A DNA stretch of 39,944 nucleotides from Polyangiales bacterium (GCA_045106895.1 JBGCFM010000187.1:1-39944); one strand, 5' to 3'. Positions 17,771 to 27,149 are shown, numbered from the stretch's first letter. Notes: a model not told the origin generated them from the sequence alone. A program made the numbers and translations.

Positions 17771-18730
17771 GTGAACCCCGACCCCGTCATCGCTGAATGC
17801 CGCGCCGTCCTCGAAGAGAACTCGAAGAGCTTCGCCCTCGCGGCACGTCTCCTCGCGCCCGCGCAGCGCGACCACGCCGCGGTGGTGTACGCGTGGTGTC
17901 GCCACGTGGACGACACGGTGGATGAAGCGCCGGCGGGGACTCACGCCGCGGCCCTCGCGTCCCTGGAGGAAGAGCTAGGCCGCATTGCATCGGGCGAGCG
18001 TAGCGGGAACATCATCGAAGACGCCTTCATGCAAGTGAAGAACGAGTTGCGCATTCCGATGCTCTACGCGGAGGAGCTCGTGGCGGGCATGGCCATGGAC
18101 GTGGAAGGGCGTCGCTACGAAACACGCGACGACCTGCTCCTCTATTGCCACCGCGTTGCCGGCGTCGTCGGTCTTCTCATGTGTCACGTGTTTGGCGTTC
18201 GCGAAGAAGCGGCTCTTGTTCACGCTGTGCACTTGGGGTGGGGCATGCAGCTCACCAATATCTGCCGTGACGTCGCCGAGGACTGGTCCATGGGCCGGCT
18301 CTACCTCCCTGCGGATCGCCTCCGCGCGCATGGATTCGTGCATGAAGCGCAGCCCGCAGGTCCGCTTCCGCGGCACCCTGCCTTCGCCGCCGTCGTCCAA
18401 GAGATGCTCAACGACGCGGATCTGCTCTACCGCTCAGGAGACCTCGGGCTACGTTCTCTGCCGCCGCGAAGCGCCCTCGCCGTGGACGTCGCACGCCGCG
18501 TCTACTCCGCCATCGGCGACCGACTCGTGGCTCGCGGATACAGCGTTTATCAAGGTCGCGCGTTCGTCTCCACGCCTCGCAAGCTCACCCACGTCGCTGG
18601 AGCGCTCGTCGCCCGCGCTGTGGAGGCGCCGTCGCGTGCCTTCTCGCGTGTCGTCTCCGGCGAGGGGTTTGACGCTCCTCGCGGAAGCGTCACGTTTGAA
18701 ACTTCCCTCGCTGCGTTTCCCGTCGTGTGA
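17771..18730 (+). CDS. crtB: Phytoene/squalene synthase family protein
   Basis: SKSFALAARLL, YAWCRHVDDTVD (first Asp-rich motif), YCHRVAGVVG, MQLTNICRDVAEDWSMGRLYLP (second motif). Confidence 0.88.
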   Translation: MNPDPVIAECRAVLEENSKSFALAARLLAPAQRDHAAVVYAWCRHVDDTVDEAPAGTHAAALASLEEELGRIASGERSGNIIEDAFMQVKNELRIPMLYAEELVAGMAMDVEGRRYETRDDLLLYCHRVAGVVGLLMCHVFGVREEAALVHAVHLGWGMQLTNICRDVAEDWSMGRLYLPADRLRAHGFVHEAQPAGPLPRHPAFAAVVQEMLNDADLLYRSGDLGLRSLPPRSALAVDVARRVYSAIGDRLVARGYSVYQGRAFVSTPRKLTHVAGALVARAVEAPSRAFSRVVSGEGFDAPRGSVTFETSLAAFPVV

Positions 18731-18805
18731 GGTCCGTTTCGCTTCGCGCTAGCGCTCCCCGACAACTCGGTCCAGGCTCCGGCGAGAGGTTTTAGAGGAG
18801 AAGTT

Positions 18806-19339
18806 ATGTACAAGAAGATCGCGTTCATTTGTGTCATCGCCGCGGGCTGCGGCTCATCCGAAACCGCGGAGCACTCGGAGCATTCGGGTGGAGAGCACCA
18901 CTCCGGCGGCCATGAACACCACGGCCAAGAGCACGGCGAGCACCACGGTGGAGAGCACCATGATGACCAGCACGAGCACGCCAACGGAGAAGGTCATGAG
19001 CATGGCGCCGAGCACAGCGGCCACCGCGGGCCGCCGGAAGTTCTGGTTCCTTACCATGACGTCTTGGCGCCGATCTGGCACAGCGAAGCCGGTCAAGTCC
19101 GTGCAGACCTCGCTTGCGCGGGAGTCACGGACCTCATCGCCCAGGGCGAGGCACTCGCCGCGGCACCAGCGCCATCGGAGCACCCTGACTGGGCCTCGGA
19201 AGTGGGCTTGATCGGCACCGATGCCCAGGGGCTTGCGATGACTTGCGGGAACGAAGCATCCACCGTGGAGGAGAAGGAAGCATCTCTCAACGTGCTCCAC
19301 GACCGATTCCACAGCCTGATGGAGATGGCCCGACAGTGA
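18806..19339 (+). CDS. His-rich lipoprotein
   Basis: RBS GAGGAG and lipobox AAGC. 18 His in a ~52 aa His/Glu/Gly tract, then a helical domain with YHDVLAPIWH and LHDRFH. Confidence 0.85.
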   Translation: MYKKIAFICVIAAGCGSSETAEHSEHSGGEHHSGGHEHHGQEHGEHHGGEHHDDQHEHANGEGHEHGAEHSGHRGPPEVLVPYHDVLAPIWHSEAGQVRADLACAGVTDLIAQGEALAAAPAPSEHPDWASEVGLIGTDAQGLAMTCGNEASTVEEKEASLNVLHDRFHSLMEMARQ

Positions 19340-19596
19340 GCTGCGGACAGCGCCAGTACGGCGGCATCGATCGCGGCGAGTTCGATACGTTGATGGCGAA
19401 GCTTCGCGAAGAAGACATCGAGGTGCCCATGGGTGACCGCGGGGAGATCAGCGGGCCCTACGGCATCGAAGGGAAGTACGAGTACCGAGAGGGCGCCCGG
19501 ACTCTGAAGATCGAGATCACGGACAAAAAGTTCTGGGTCCCCTGTCGCCGAATCTGGGAAGTCATCGATGAAGCCGTGACGCCACACACGAAGTAA
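19336..19596 (+). CDS. Small hypothetical protein (86 aa)
   Basis: The GTG start overlaps the upstream stop (GTGA). It is in frame with ORF 19243..19596 and has typical codon usage. Confidence 0.75.
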   Translation: MSCGQRQYGGIDRGEFDTLMAKLREEDIEVPMGDRGEISGPYGIEGKYEYREGARTLKIEITDKKFWVPCRRIWEVIDEAVTPHTK

Positions 19597-19702
19597 CCGG
19601 GGCGTGAAGGCGCGGATGGGCGAAGTGGCCTATTCGTCGCCCTCGCCAAGAGCTTGGTACGAACGGCTGGACATCCCAGGTCGGGTCTTTAACGCTCCGG
19701 CC

Positions 19703-21097
19703 ATGGCCGAACGAATGAAGATCCGCGAGCTCCTGAGTGAGAGCGCCATTGGGCAAAACGTTGAAATCTGTGGCTGGGTGCGCAGCGCGCGAAAGTCCGG
19801 CGCGGGGCTCTGCTTCGTGGTGGTTCACGACGGCACGGCCTTCGATGGACTTCAAGCCGTCGTCAAAGAAGGCGCCCCTGGTTTCGAGGTAGCGTCCAAG
19901 CTCAGCGCTGGCGCCGCGGTGAGCGTGACGGGCACCATCATTGCCTCTCAGGGCAAGGGCCAAGCGACGGAGATCGAGGTCACCGGACTTGAGCTTCTCG
20001 GCGACGTGGAAGACCCGAGCACGTACCCCATGCAGCCCAAGCGTCACTCCATGACGCACCTGCGCGAGCACGCCCATCTTCGCCCGCGCACGAACCTCGT
20101 CGGAGCTGTGGCCCGCACGCGACACAGCATCTCCCAGGCGATTCACCGTCAGCTCAGCGAGGATGACTTCTTCTGGGTGCACACGCCCATCATCAGCACG
20201 CACGATGCCGAGGGCGCCGGCGAGATGTTCCGCGTGTCTACCCTCGACATGGTCAACCCGCCCAAGAAGGACGGTGCCGTCGACTTTGGTGAAGACTTCT
20301 TCGGACAGGAGGCGTTCCTCACGGTGAGCGGCCAGCTCAACGTGGAGCCTTACGCCATGGCGCTCAGCCGCGTCTACACCTTCGGGCCTACCTTCCGCGC
20401 GGAGAATTCCAACACGCGTCGCCACCTCGCCGAGTTCTGGATGGTGGAACCAGAGATCGCCTTCGCCGACCTCAGCGACAACATTGACCTCGCGGAGTCG
20501 TTCCTCAAGGGGGTCACGCGCCGAGTTCTGGAGGAGCGCAAGGACGACATCGCCTTCTTCAACAAGTTCGTCGACAAGGGGCTGCTCACGCGCCTGAACA
20601 AGATGCTCGACACGCCCTTTGTGCGCATGGACTACACGGAGGCAGTGGAGAAACTCATCGCTTCCGGCAAGAAGTTCGAGGTCAAACCCGAGTGGGGAAT
20701 TGACCTCGGCGCCGAGCACGAGAAGTACCTCACGGACGAAGTCGTGGGCGGCCCCGTCGTGCTGATCAACTATCCGCGTGACATCAAAGCGTTCTACATG
20801 CGCCAGAACGACGACGGGAAGACCGTCGCTGCCATGGACGTTCTTGTTCCCGGCATCGGCGAGATCATCGGCGGGAGTCAACGCGAAGAGCGCTTCGACT
20901 TGTTGGTCAAGCGCATGGAAGAGATGAAGCTCCCGCGTGAACACTACGAGTGGTACCTGGACCTTCGACGCTACGGCACGGCGCCGCACGCTGGTTTTGG
21001 TCTCGGTCTCGAGCGCCTCGTTCAGTACCTCACCGGCGTCGAGAACATTCGCGACGTGATCCCATACCCGCGCGCCGTGGGCAGCGCGGATTTCTAG
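19703..21097 (+). CDS. asnS: Asparagine--tRNA ligase
   Basis: OB-fold [32 protein letters not shown], motif 2 [35 protein letters not shown], motif 3 [11 protein letters not shown]. Confidence 0.98.
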   Translation: MAERMKIRELLSESAIGQNVEICGWVRSARKSGAGLCFVVVHDGTAFDGLQAVVKEGAPGFEVASKLSAGAAVSVTGTIIASQGKGQATEIEVTGLELLGDVEDPSTYPMQPKRHSMTHLREHAHLRPRTNLVGAVARTRHSISQAIHRQLSEDDFFWVHTPIISTHDAEGAGEMFRVSTLDMVNPPKKDGAVDFGEDFFGQEAFLTVSGQLNVEPYAMALSRVYTFGPTFRAENSNTRRHLAEFWMVEPEIAFADLSDNIDLAESFLKGVTRRVLEERKDDIAFFNKFVDKGLLTRLNKMLDTPFVRMDYTEAVEKLIASGKKFEVKPEWGIDLGAEHEKYLTDEVVGGPVVLINYPRDIKAFYMRQNDDGKTVAAMDVLVPGIGEIIGGSQREERFDLLVKRMEEMKLPREHYEWYLDLRRYGTAPHAGFGLGLERLVQYLTGVENIRDVIPYPRAVGSADF

Positions 21098-21100
21098 CGG

Positions 21101-21814
21101 CTACTCACGCAGGAAGATCGCCGTGCACTCCGGCACACGCGACCACCGGTTTGCACGGATCTTCTCCACCAGGGCGGCGCCGAAGAACGCGCCCATCGTC
21201 TCGCAGGCGGCATCGACGTCAGCGAAGGCGTAGTCCGTGCGAACCCATTCGCGCGTGAAGCCTAAGGATTCGAGGTGAGCAAAGTACTCATCGAGGCCCG
21301 TGTGCTGTCGCGGAGTCTCGTGTCCGGTTCCGAGTGTCTCGATGACGACAAGGGGCGCGCCGCCGACAACGATTCGCTCCATCTCGGCGATGGCCGTATC
21401 GACCTCGGCTTTCCACCCCTCCGGCATCCAGTGACGAAAGTGCCCAAACACCCACCCGGCGAGGGCGATGTCGGAGCAGTCGTCTTCCAAGGGCAGCTTT
21501 CGCGCATCCGCCGCGTGAATGTCGACTTTGGCGCTGTGGCCCTCGCGCTGTAGGTGCGTGCGCGCCACCTCGAGCATGGGTTTCGCGCGGTCGACGAGGT
21601 GAACGTGAGCTGCGAGGGGCGCGACCCAACGCGCGAGGCGCCCAGTGCCTGCGCCGATGTCCGCGACGCGTTTGTCTTTGAGTGCGACGAGTTCCAGGAG
21701 CTTGCTGCGGAGCGTTCCGTCGGCATCCTCGGCGTCGATGAGCGCGTCGTATTCGGCGGCGCGTTCCTCATACATACGCTCTTGGGACTGACTGGTGCTC
21801 TTCGTCTCTGCCAT
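21101..21814 (-). CDS. Class I SAM-dependent methyltransferase
   Basis: VADIGAGTGRL motif I, LVD motif II, ADARKLPL. ATG 21814 lies 5 nt after TAGCGT. Confidence 0.9.
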   Translation of the reverse strand: MAETKSTSQSQERMYEERAAEYDALIDAEDADGTLRSKLLELVALKDKRVADIGAGTGRLARWVAPLAAHVHLVDRAKPMLEVARTHLQREGHSAKVDIHAADARKLPLEDDCSDIALAGWVFGHFRHWMPEGWKAEVDTAIAEMERIVVGGAPLVVIETLGTGHETPRQHTGLDEYFAHLESLGFTREWVRTDYAFADVDAACETMGAFFGAALVEKIRANRWSRVPECTAIFLRE

Positions 21815-21835
21815 GGGAGACGCTAGCACGGAGAG

Positions 21836-22339
21836 TCAGCTCAGGAGCTGCGCCTCCACCGCTCGCCAGTGCGCCACGTGGGTTGCCCATGAGGGTGGCT
21901 CCTTCTTCTGCGTCCCAAAGAGAAACAGGTTGGGAACATCTTCGCGGAGATGTTTGAGCACGTCGACGCGGTCATCGACGAAGTGAGTCGCGCCGATGTC
22001 CACGCAGTGCCCGCGCTTCTCGTGGCGTTTGTGACAGAAGCGCAATCGATCCTGTCGAACGCCCGTTATCTCGAAGAAGCGGTGACGCTTCAACCAACGC
22101 CGTGAGCGAGCCTGGATGCGCGGACCGCACTTCGAGACCAGCCAGACCTTCCCTTGGAAGGCGTCCACGAGCTTCGTGATGACCTCGAAGGCGTCCGGCG
22201 TCGCCGGGGTGTTCATGGCGGCGGTGTCGTCTCCGTCGAGGAAGACCGTGTCCGCTTTTCCGTGCATGTCGGCGGCGCCAATGATGACGCGGCCGATATC
22301 GATTCCCAACACTGGGAGCTTGTTCTTTTTGTTGTTCAT
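21836..22339 (-). CDS. HAD-superfamily-like protein
   Basis: LGIDIGRVI (motif I-like), WLVSK (motif II), EK (motif III), HFVDDR (motif IV). Confidence 0.75.
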   Translation of the reverse strand: MNNKKNKLPVLGIDIGRVIIGAADMHGKADTVFLDGDDTAAMNTPATPDAFEVITKLVDAFQGKVWLVSKCGPRIQARSRRWLKRHRFFEITGVRQDRLRFCHKRHEKRGHCVDIGATHFVDDRVDVLKHLREDVPNLFLFGTQKKEPPSWATHVAHWRAVEAQLLS

Positions 22340-22367
22340 AGTGGTAACAACGTGCCGCCCAAGAACT

Positions 22368-22402
22368 CATTGAACCACTATTGATGCTCTATGATGTATA
22401 AC
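22368..22402. promoter_or_regulatory. Putative LysR binding region and divergent promoters
   Basis: Unusually A/T-rich 68-bp gap between divergent genes. The minus strand shows overlapping ATAG-N5-CAAT units (ATAGAGCATCAAT, ATAGTGGTTCAAT) including a T-N11-A box. TATAAC lies 5 nt before the lysR GTG. Confidence 0.5.
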
Positions 22403-22407
22403 GAAAC

Positions 22408-23277
22408 GTGATGATAAATGGAGATTGGCTCAACGCGTTCGTGGTGTTTGCCGAAGAGGAGAGCTTCACGGCGGCGGCGCGGCGGCTTCATATTTCACAG
22501 CCGGCGCTTCACGTGCAGGTACGAAAACTGGGCGAGCAGGTCGGAGCGCCGCTCTATGCCCGCGACGGCCGTGGTGTGAAGCTGACGGCCCAAGGCGAGA
22601 TGCTCATGGCGTTTGGCCGCGAACAGAGCGAGCGAACGGAAGAGCTCCTCGGGCGGCTACGTGGCGAAGACCCGGCATTGCCCATTGCGCTCTCCGCGGG
22701 GGAGGGCGCCTACCTGTACCTACTAGGCGACGCTTTGCGGCGTTTCAACAGACGCTTCCCGGATCGTCTGCAGCTCTTGAATCATAGTCAGGCTGAGACG
22801 TTGGACGCCGTTCGCTCGGGGCGTGCACATGTCGGCGTGACGATGGTGGAAGAGGCGCCGCCGGAGCTCTTCGTGGAGCCGCTGCGGGAAGTCGGCGCGA
22901 TGCTCGTGGTCCCGAAGAAGCACCGTCTGGCAAAGAGGCGCCGCGTTCGCATCGCGGACCTGGACGGAGAACGTTGGGTTGTTCCTCCGAAGGGCAGAGC
23001 TCAACGCGCGATGCTTGTACGGGCGTTCCGGGAGCAAGGCGTCTCCTTGACGACGAGCGTCGAGGCAAGCGGCTGGGAGCTTATTCTCCACTTTGCGAAA
23101 CTAGGCCTCGGCATCGCCATCGTGAACGAGTTCTGCCGATTGCCCGCGGGCATGGTGGGCATCCCAGTGCCGGAGCTTCCTGCTGTTCCGTACTTCCTTG
23201 TGCGTAGCCGGCGAGGGCTCGAACGGCCCTCCCTCGACGTGTTGTGCGAACTAATTCGCAGTAGCGCTGTCCGCTAA
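22408..23277 (+). CDS. LysR family transcriptional regulator
   Basis: SFTAAARRLHISQPALHVQVRKL HTH, LYARDGRGVKLTAQG, and a substrate-binding domain with GLGIAIV. Confidence 0.95.
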   Translation: MMINGDWLNAFVVFAEEESFTAAARRLHISQPALHVQVRKLGEQVGAPLYARDGRGVKLTAQGEMLMAFGREQSERTEELLGRLRGEDPALPIALSAGEGAYLYLLGDALRRFNRRFPDRLQLLNHSQAETLDAVRSGRAHVGVTMVEEAPPELFVEPLREVGAMLVVPKKHRLAKRRRVRIADLDGERWVVPPKGRAQRAMLVRAFREQGVSLTTSVEASGWELILHFAKLGLGIAIVNEFCRLPAGMVGIPVPELPAVPYFLVRSRRGLERPSLDVLCELIRSSAVR

Positions 23278-24548
23278 CGGACGCAGTAGTACCCGATCTG
23301 GTCGTTCACGAAATCACAGCGAGCGCCTCGGCGTCCGCAGTCGAGGGAGCGCGGCATGCCATCTTGGCACCAGAAAGCCACGTCACCCCGGCACTCGCCC
23401 AGGTAGTCGATGCCTTCGCAGGCGTCGGGCACGCAGTATGCGCCGCCGACGGAGGTGTTGGGCTCGCATGTCTCGTTGCACGCAGCGCAGTCGCGCTCGA
23501 GAACGACGCCACGTTCGCACCAGCGAGCCGTGTCGCCATCGCATGTGCCGGTCGTGTCGAGCCCCATGCAGGGGTCCGTGCCGGTGACGCAGCGGTAGCC
23601 GTTGGTGGTGGGGTCCCAGCCACAGCGGTCACACTCTTCGCGTTGGATCATGTCGTCTTCGCACCAAAGAGCGACGTTGTTTGAGCAGCGACCTTCCGCC
23701 GAGATCGTTCCACAGCTGCCGCCTGCTGGAACACCCGTGGGCCCCGTGAAGCTCTCGATCCAGTCGACGACCAAGTCTGTTCGCGCGTAGTTGTCACGAC
23801 CCACGCAGCTGCCGTCGCCGCCCGAGAGGTCACCGAACACGCGAACGCTCCCGTCGCCGGCGACGCCCATGACGGGGCCGCCGGAGTCACCAAAGCAGAC
23901 GCCGCGAACACCTTCGCCGTCGATGGTCAGATCTTGACCACGCAAATCGACCAAGGGCTGTGCCGTGAACTCTCGCTCGCCGGAGCTTCCGTCTTCTTGC
24001 TGGCCGTAGCCGGACGCCTCAAGGATTGTCCCGAGCCAGCTGTCGTCGAGGGACTCGACCATGACGGGAATAGGCTGAATCTCCGGCACCGCAGAGGAGG
24101 CGGGCTCGGTCACGTGAACCAGGGTCATGTCCGATTGCGGGTGGTCTTCCGCACGGTCGACACTGAAGCAATGCATCGGGGAGTTGGAGAACGTGCCAAC
24201 GCAGAACTGTCGACCTGGACGGATACCGCAGTGTCTCGCGGTGATGACCCACTCGTCTGTGATGAACGTGCCGGTGCACCCGTTCAGGGAGCCGATCGCG
24301 AGGATCTGCCCCGGCGTGAGAGGCAACTCGGTGGGTTCGCTGGTACCAAAGTAGACCAAGGACTGAAGGCGCTGATCGCCGCACATGTCCATTGGACGCG
24401 AGCCCGCATCCACGCCGGGCTGTGGTCCAGCGTCAAAGCTGGGGCCGCCGTCGAAGTCGGGACCTGCATCGATTCGGCCGGTGTCGTCGTCTCCGCATGC
24501 GCCGATGAGGAGGAGTACGCAGGCGAGTCCGCGTGTGAGTTTTAGCAT
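23274..24548 (-). CDS. S1 (trypsin-fold) serine protease lipoprotein with three C-terminal Cys-rich repeats
   Basis: Lipobox IGAC followed by GDDD. Catalytic triad motifs CTGTFI...ITARHC, SDMTLV and CFGDSGGP. Confidence 0.92.
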   Translation of the reverse strand: MLKLTRGLACVLLLIGACGDDDTGRIDAGPDFDGGPSFDAGPQPGVDAGSRPMDMCGDQRLQSLVYFGTSEPTELPLTPGQILAIGSLNGCTGTFITDEWVITARHCGIRPGRQFCVGTFSNSPMHCFSVDRAEDHPQSDMTLVHVTEPASSAVPEIQPIPVMVESLDDSWLGTILEASGYGQQEDGSSGEREFTAQPLVDLRGQDLTIDGEGVRGVCFGDSGGPVMGVAGDGSVRVFGDLSGGDGSCVGRDNYARTDLVVDWIESFTGPTGVPAGGSCGTISAEGRCSNNVALWCEDDMIQREECDRCGWDPTTNGYRCVTGTDPCMGLDTTGTCDGDTARWCERGVVLERDCAACNETCEPNTSVGGAYCVPDACEGIDYLGECRGDVAFWCQDGMPRSLDCGRRGARCDFVNDQIGYYCVR

Positions 24549-24615
24549 CGGGCGAAGTCTGTCACACGGAGAGCGCGGAGGCCCACGAATCTTGGTGACT
24601 AAAGGGTGTCATCCA

Positions 24616-24641
24616 AGACGGGTTTCCTACGAAACCCGCCT
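24616..24641 (-). terminator. Stem-loop downstream of the metal-dependent hydrolase gene
   Basis: Minus strand AGGCGGGTTTC-GTAG-GAAACCCGTCT directly after the stop codon, with only a weak U tract. Confidence 0.55.
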
Positions 24642-24648
24642 CGAATCG

Positions 24649-25470
24649 CTAAGCGAGCTGGGAAAGGTACTCCTGCGCTTCGCCCGATCCGGGGTTCTGA
24701 TCTGGGTGAAAGTCCCGCTTGAGGTACGTCAGGATGCCCTTGAGGAATACATCGCGCCCGATCTTTTTCTTTGGCGCCTCGAGGGTTTTTGCCGCGCGCA
24801 GTTCTGCGCGAATCTCTTCCCAGGTTGCGCCGCGTTGCCTCAGTAGAAGCGCCGTGGCGCGTGCCCACCAGAGGCCGAGGACCGTCGTGGCGACGAAGAG
24901 CCCAATCACCCGCGTCGAGTACCGAGGGTCAACCTCTTGAAGGACGTCGAAGGCGACGGCCTTATGTTCGATCTCTTCGGCGGCGTGCCAAAGCAGGAGC
25001 TCCCTCATCGCCGGATGCGCACCGTCGAGTGTACGTTCGACGATGGCATGCTCCGCCATGATCGCGGTGAAGTGCTCGGCGGCGGCCGTGGTCGAAAGGC
25101 TCCAAACATCCGGCGTCGCCTTCTCGACGGTCCGTGTGAATGTATTGAAGCTCTTGAGGAACGCTTCGAGGTCGTGGCCTTGGCCTCGCAGGATATCGAA
25201 GTAGCGCTCGTGCTCGCGCGCGTGACTGCCTTCTTGGCCGTAGAAACCGCGCAGCTGAGCGAGGAGCTCGGGGTTGCTCACCTGTGACTCAAAGCGCTTC
25301 ACGCTTCGCACGAAGAAGCGCTCCCCGTGCGGGAAGAGAAGGTTCACGGCGTCGGAGATCGTCGACGCGAGGATGCTGTTGTTGAGCCAGCGCTGAGGCA
25401 CCTGGCCGAGGTCGAGGGGAGGGCGACGAACGGGAAGAGGCAGTTTCGGGGTCCGTGTAGCGGTTTGCAT
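24649..25470 (-). CDS. Predicted metal-dependent hydrolase (Metal_hydrol family)
   Basis: LFPHGERFFVRSV, FYGQEGSHAREH, TAAAEHFTA, WHAAEEIEHKAVAFDV, DFHP. RBS AAGGAG. Confidence 0.92.
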   Translation of the reverse strand: MQTATRTPKLPLPVRRPPLDLGQVPQRWLNNSILASTISDAVNLLFPHGERFFVRSVKRFESQVSNPELLAQLRGFYGQEGSHAREHERYFDILRGQGHDLEAFLKSFNTFTRTVEKATPDVWSLSTTAAAEHFTAIMAEHAIVERTLDGAHPAMRELLLWHAAEEIEHKAVAFDVLQEVDPRYSTRVIGLFVATTVLGLWWARATALLLRQRGATWEEIRAELRAAKTLEAPKKKIGRDVFLKGILTYLKRDFHPDQNPGSGEAQEYLSQLA

Positions 25471-25507
25471 AGTTAGCTCCTTTGCTTCCTGTTCCTAAGT
25501 ATGGATC

Positions 25508-25549
25508 CTATTGAACGAAGGTCAATAGTTTCACTAAACAAAGTTCAGC
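25508..25549. promoter_or_regulatory. Two adjacent palindromic operators (TetR-type)
   Basis: CTATTGA-ACGAAGG-TCAATAG (25508..25528, perfect 7-bp arms) and the related ACTAAAC-AAA-GTTCAGC (25533..25549), 38-80 bp upstream of the hydrolase start. Confidence 0.65.
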
Positions 25550-25556
25550 AAGGACG

Positions 25557-25585
25557 AAAAACCTCGGAAACACAGCGTTTCCGAG
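25557..25585 (-). terminator. Rho-independent terminator of the ECF/anti-sigma operon
   Basis: Minus strand CTCGGAAAC-GCTGT-GTTTCCGAG followed by GTTTTT, 21 bp after the stop at 25607. Confidence 0.8.
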
Positions 25586-25606
25586 AGAATACGCCTTGTG
25601 CTTTGT

Positions 25607-26533
25607 CTAGGGGCCGACGCAGCTGCCGCTGATTCGTGCGAGCGCTGCCGACCGGGGCCCATCCAAAACGCGGAGCTGGTGCGCTTCGCGCCGCGCTGCT
25701 TCCTCGTGACCGAGCTGGCAGAGCGCAAGGACACGAAGAGCGAGACGCTCGGCGCGCAGGCGTGGATCATCCTCCTCCGCGAGGAGCGCGAGGGTGGCGG
25801 CGCCATCGCCCCGCGCCATCGCCCGTTGAGCGCGTTGGAGGCGACGCGCAGCGCGGGTCAGCGCGGTATCCGCAGCCGGCACTTCGCCCTCTTCGGCGCC
25901 CGGCAGGCTTTGTGCTTCGGTCCTCGCTCCTGGTCTCTCCAGGGTACGTGAGCGCGCTTCGGGGCTTCGACGCGAACGAGAAGCCGGTGAAGTTTCTTGG
26001 ACACCGAGCTCCTGCAACGGTGCGACGAGCGGCGCTTCGTCTACGGATTCGATGCGCTCATCTGTCTCTCGACGGAGCGGAATCGTCTCTTCGGTGGTCG
26101 CGCTGTGCGCATGTTCTGCAGCTTCGTTTTCGTCGGCGCTGATCATCAGGCCTGCGCCGCCACTCACGGCGACCAGAAGCACGAGGCCTTTCAACAAGAG
26201 GCCACTCGAAGCCGCGAACGCACCGCCGGCCTGCGCGGCTCCGGCGGCGAGGGCGCTCCCTTGTGCTGCGGCGCCGGTTACGACGGCCGTGGCGGAAGCG
26301 GCGCTTGTCGCGGCGCTTGTAGAAACCGCGGCGCTTGTCGCAGCGCTTGTGGAAACCGCAGCGCTTGTGGAAACCGCGGCGGAGGCCGTGGCCGCCGCGG
26401 CCAGACCTGCGCCAGCTGCCCCTGCGGCGACCGCCACGCGCAGCGAATCGTAGACGCGAGCGCGCTCCTCTTCTGTAGGGGCCATCTCTTCACGCGCTAG
26501 TTCCGTCAGCTCTCGTAAGGTCCTTGGTCTCAT
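25607..26533 (-). CDS. Putative anti-sigma factor: single-pass membrane protein with C-terminal TPR-like helical domain
   Basis: ATGA overlap with the ECF gene. Short helical N-domain, Ala/Ser/Thr linker, TM segment LLLKGLVLLVAVSGGAGLMI, and a C-terminal helical domain (ERLALRVLALCQLG...C). Confidence 0.75.
   Translation of the reverse strand: MRPRTLRELTELAREEMAPTEEERARVYDSLRVAVAAGAAGAGLAAAATASAAVSTSAAVSTSAATSAAVSTSAATSAASATAVVTGAAAQGSALAAGAAQAGGAFAASSGLLLKGLVLLVAVSGGAGLMISADENEAAEHAHSATTEETIPLRRETDERIESVDEAPLVAPLQELGVQETSPASRSRRSPEARSRTLERPGARTEAQSLPGAEEGEVPAADTALTRAARRLQRAQRAMARGDGAATLALLAEEDDPRLRAERLALRVLALCQLGHEEAARREAHQLRVLDGPRSAALARISGSCVGP
26298..26380 (-). repeat. Intragenic 12/18-bp tandem repeats encoding AAVSTS/AATS
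   Basis: GCGCTTGT(G/A)GAAACCGC occurs three times and GCGCTTGTCGC twice; all units are multiples of 3. Confidence 0.85.
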
Positions 26534-27051
26534 CGCCTGTACCCTTCTCTCGCTTTGTGACGTGTTAGCTGTCGCTCGAGCTGCTTGCGGGCCAAGCGAA
26601 GCCGCGACGAGACCGTGTTTGGACTAACGCCCAGCGCTTCGGCGATCTGATGAGCCGAGAGCTTCTCGATCTCCGTCAGGACCCACACTTGGCGGTTCTT
26701 CTCCGTGAGCTCGCCGAGTAGGCGGAGGAGGAGCTCACGTGCCTCCGTTTGCGCGACGGCGGCGTCGGCTTGTTGTCGTTCCGTGTCGCACGGCTCACTC
26801 GTGAGCGAGTCCATCCGCCGAGCTCTTCGGTACTTCGTGGCGACTCGGACAAGGATTCCGGTGAGCCATGTGCGGAGCGAGGAACGCCCCTCGAACCCTT
26901 CGTGTTTTCGAAGAGCGATGAGGAAAGTCTCCTGAACCACGTCATCGAGCTGGTGCTGGGGAACGCCGAGCGCGCGCGCCATTCGCCACATCGAGTCGAA
27001 GTGACTTCGATAGAGCTCATCAAGCTCATTCCGCTTCGCGCTTGTCTCCAC
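26530..27051 (-). CDS. ECF RNA polymerase sigma factor
   Basis: Sigma2 region LDDVVQETF...FEGRSSLRTWLTGI and sigma4 region IAEALGVSPNTVSSRLRLARK. Confidence 0.95.
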   Translation of the reverse strand: METSAKRNELDELYRSHFDSMWRMARALGVPQHQLDDVVQETFLIALRKHEGFEGRSSLRTWLTGILVRVATKYRRARRMDSLTSEPCDTERQQADAAVAQTEARELLLRLLGELTEKNRQVWVLTEIEKLSAHQIAEALGVSPNTVSSRLRLARKQLERQLTRHKAREGYRR

Positions 27052-27059
27052 TCGCCCTA

Positions 27060-27088
27060 TGAGTGCACCAAGTCAGCCTTTTCGTCAC
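27060..27088 (-). promoter_or_regulatory. Putative autoregulated ECF promoter
   Basis: Minus strand GTGACGAA-aaggctgacttggt-GCACTCA, ending 8 nt before the sigma GTG. The same bipartite motif occurs at 28353..28381. Confidence 0.75.
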
Positions 27089-27149
27089 ACGAACTTGGAC
27101 TTTCTTCGAGATGCCGCGATTCCCTCAGCTGCCTGGGCAACCAGGCGCT

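Noticed and set aside
19562..20989. 475-aa minus-strand ORF
   Set aside because: Antisense shadow of asnS.
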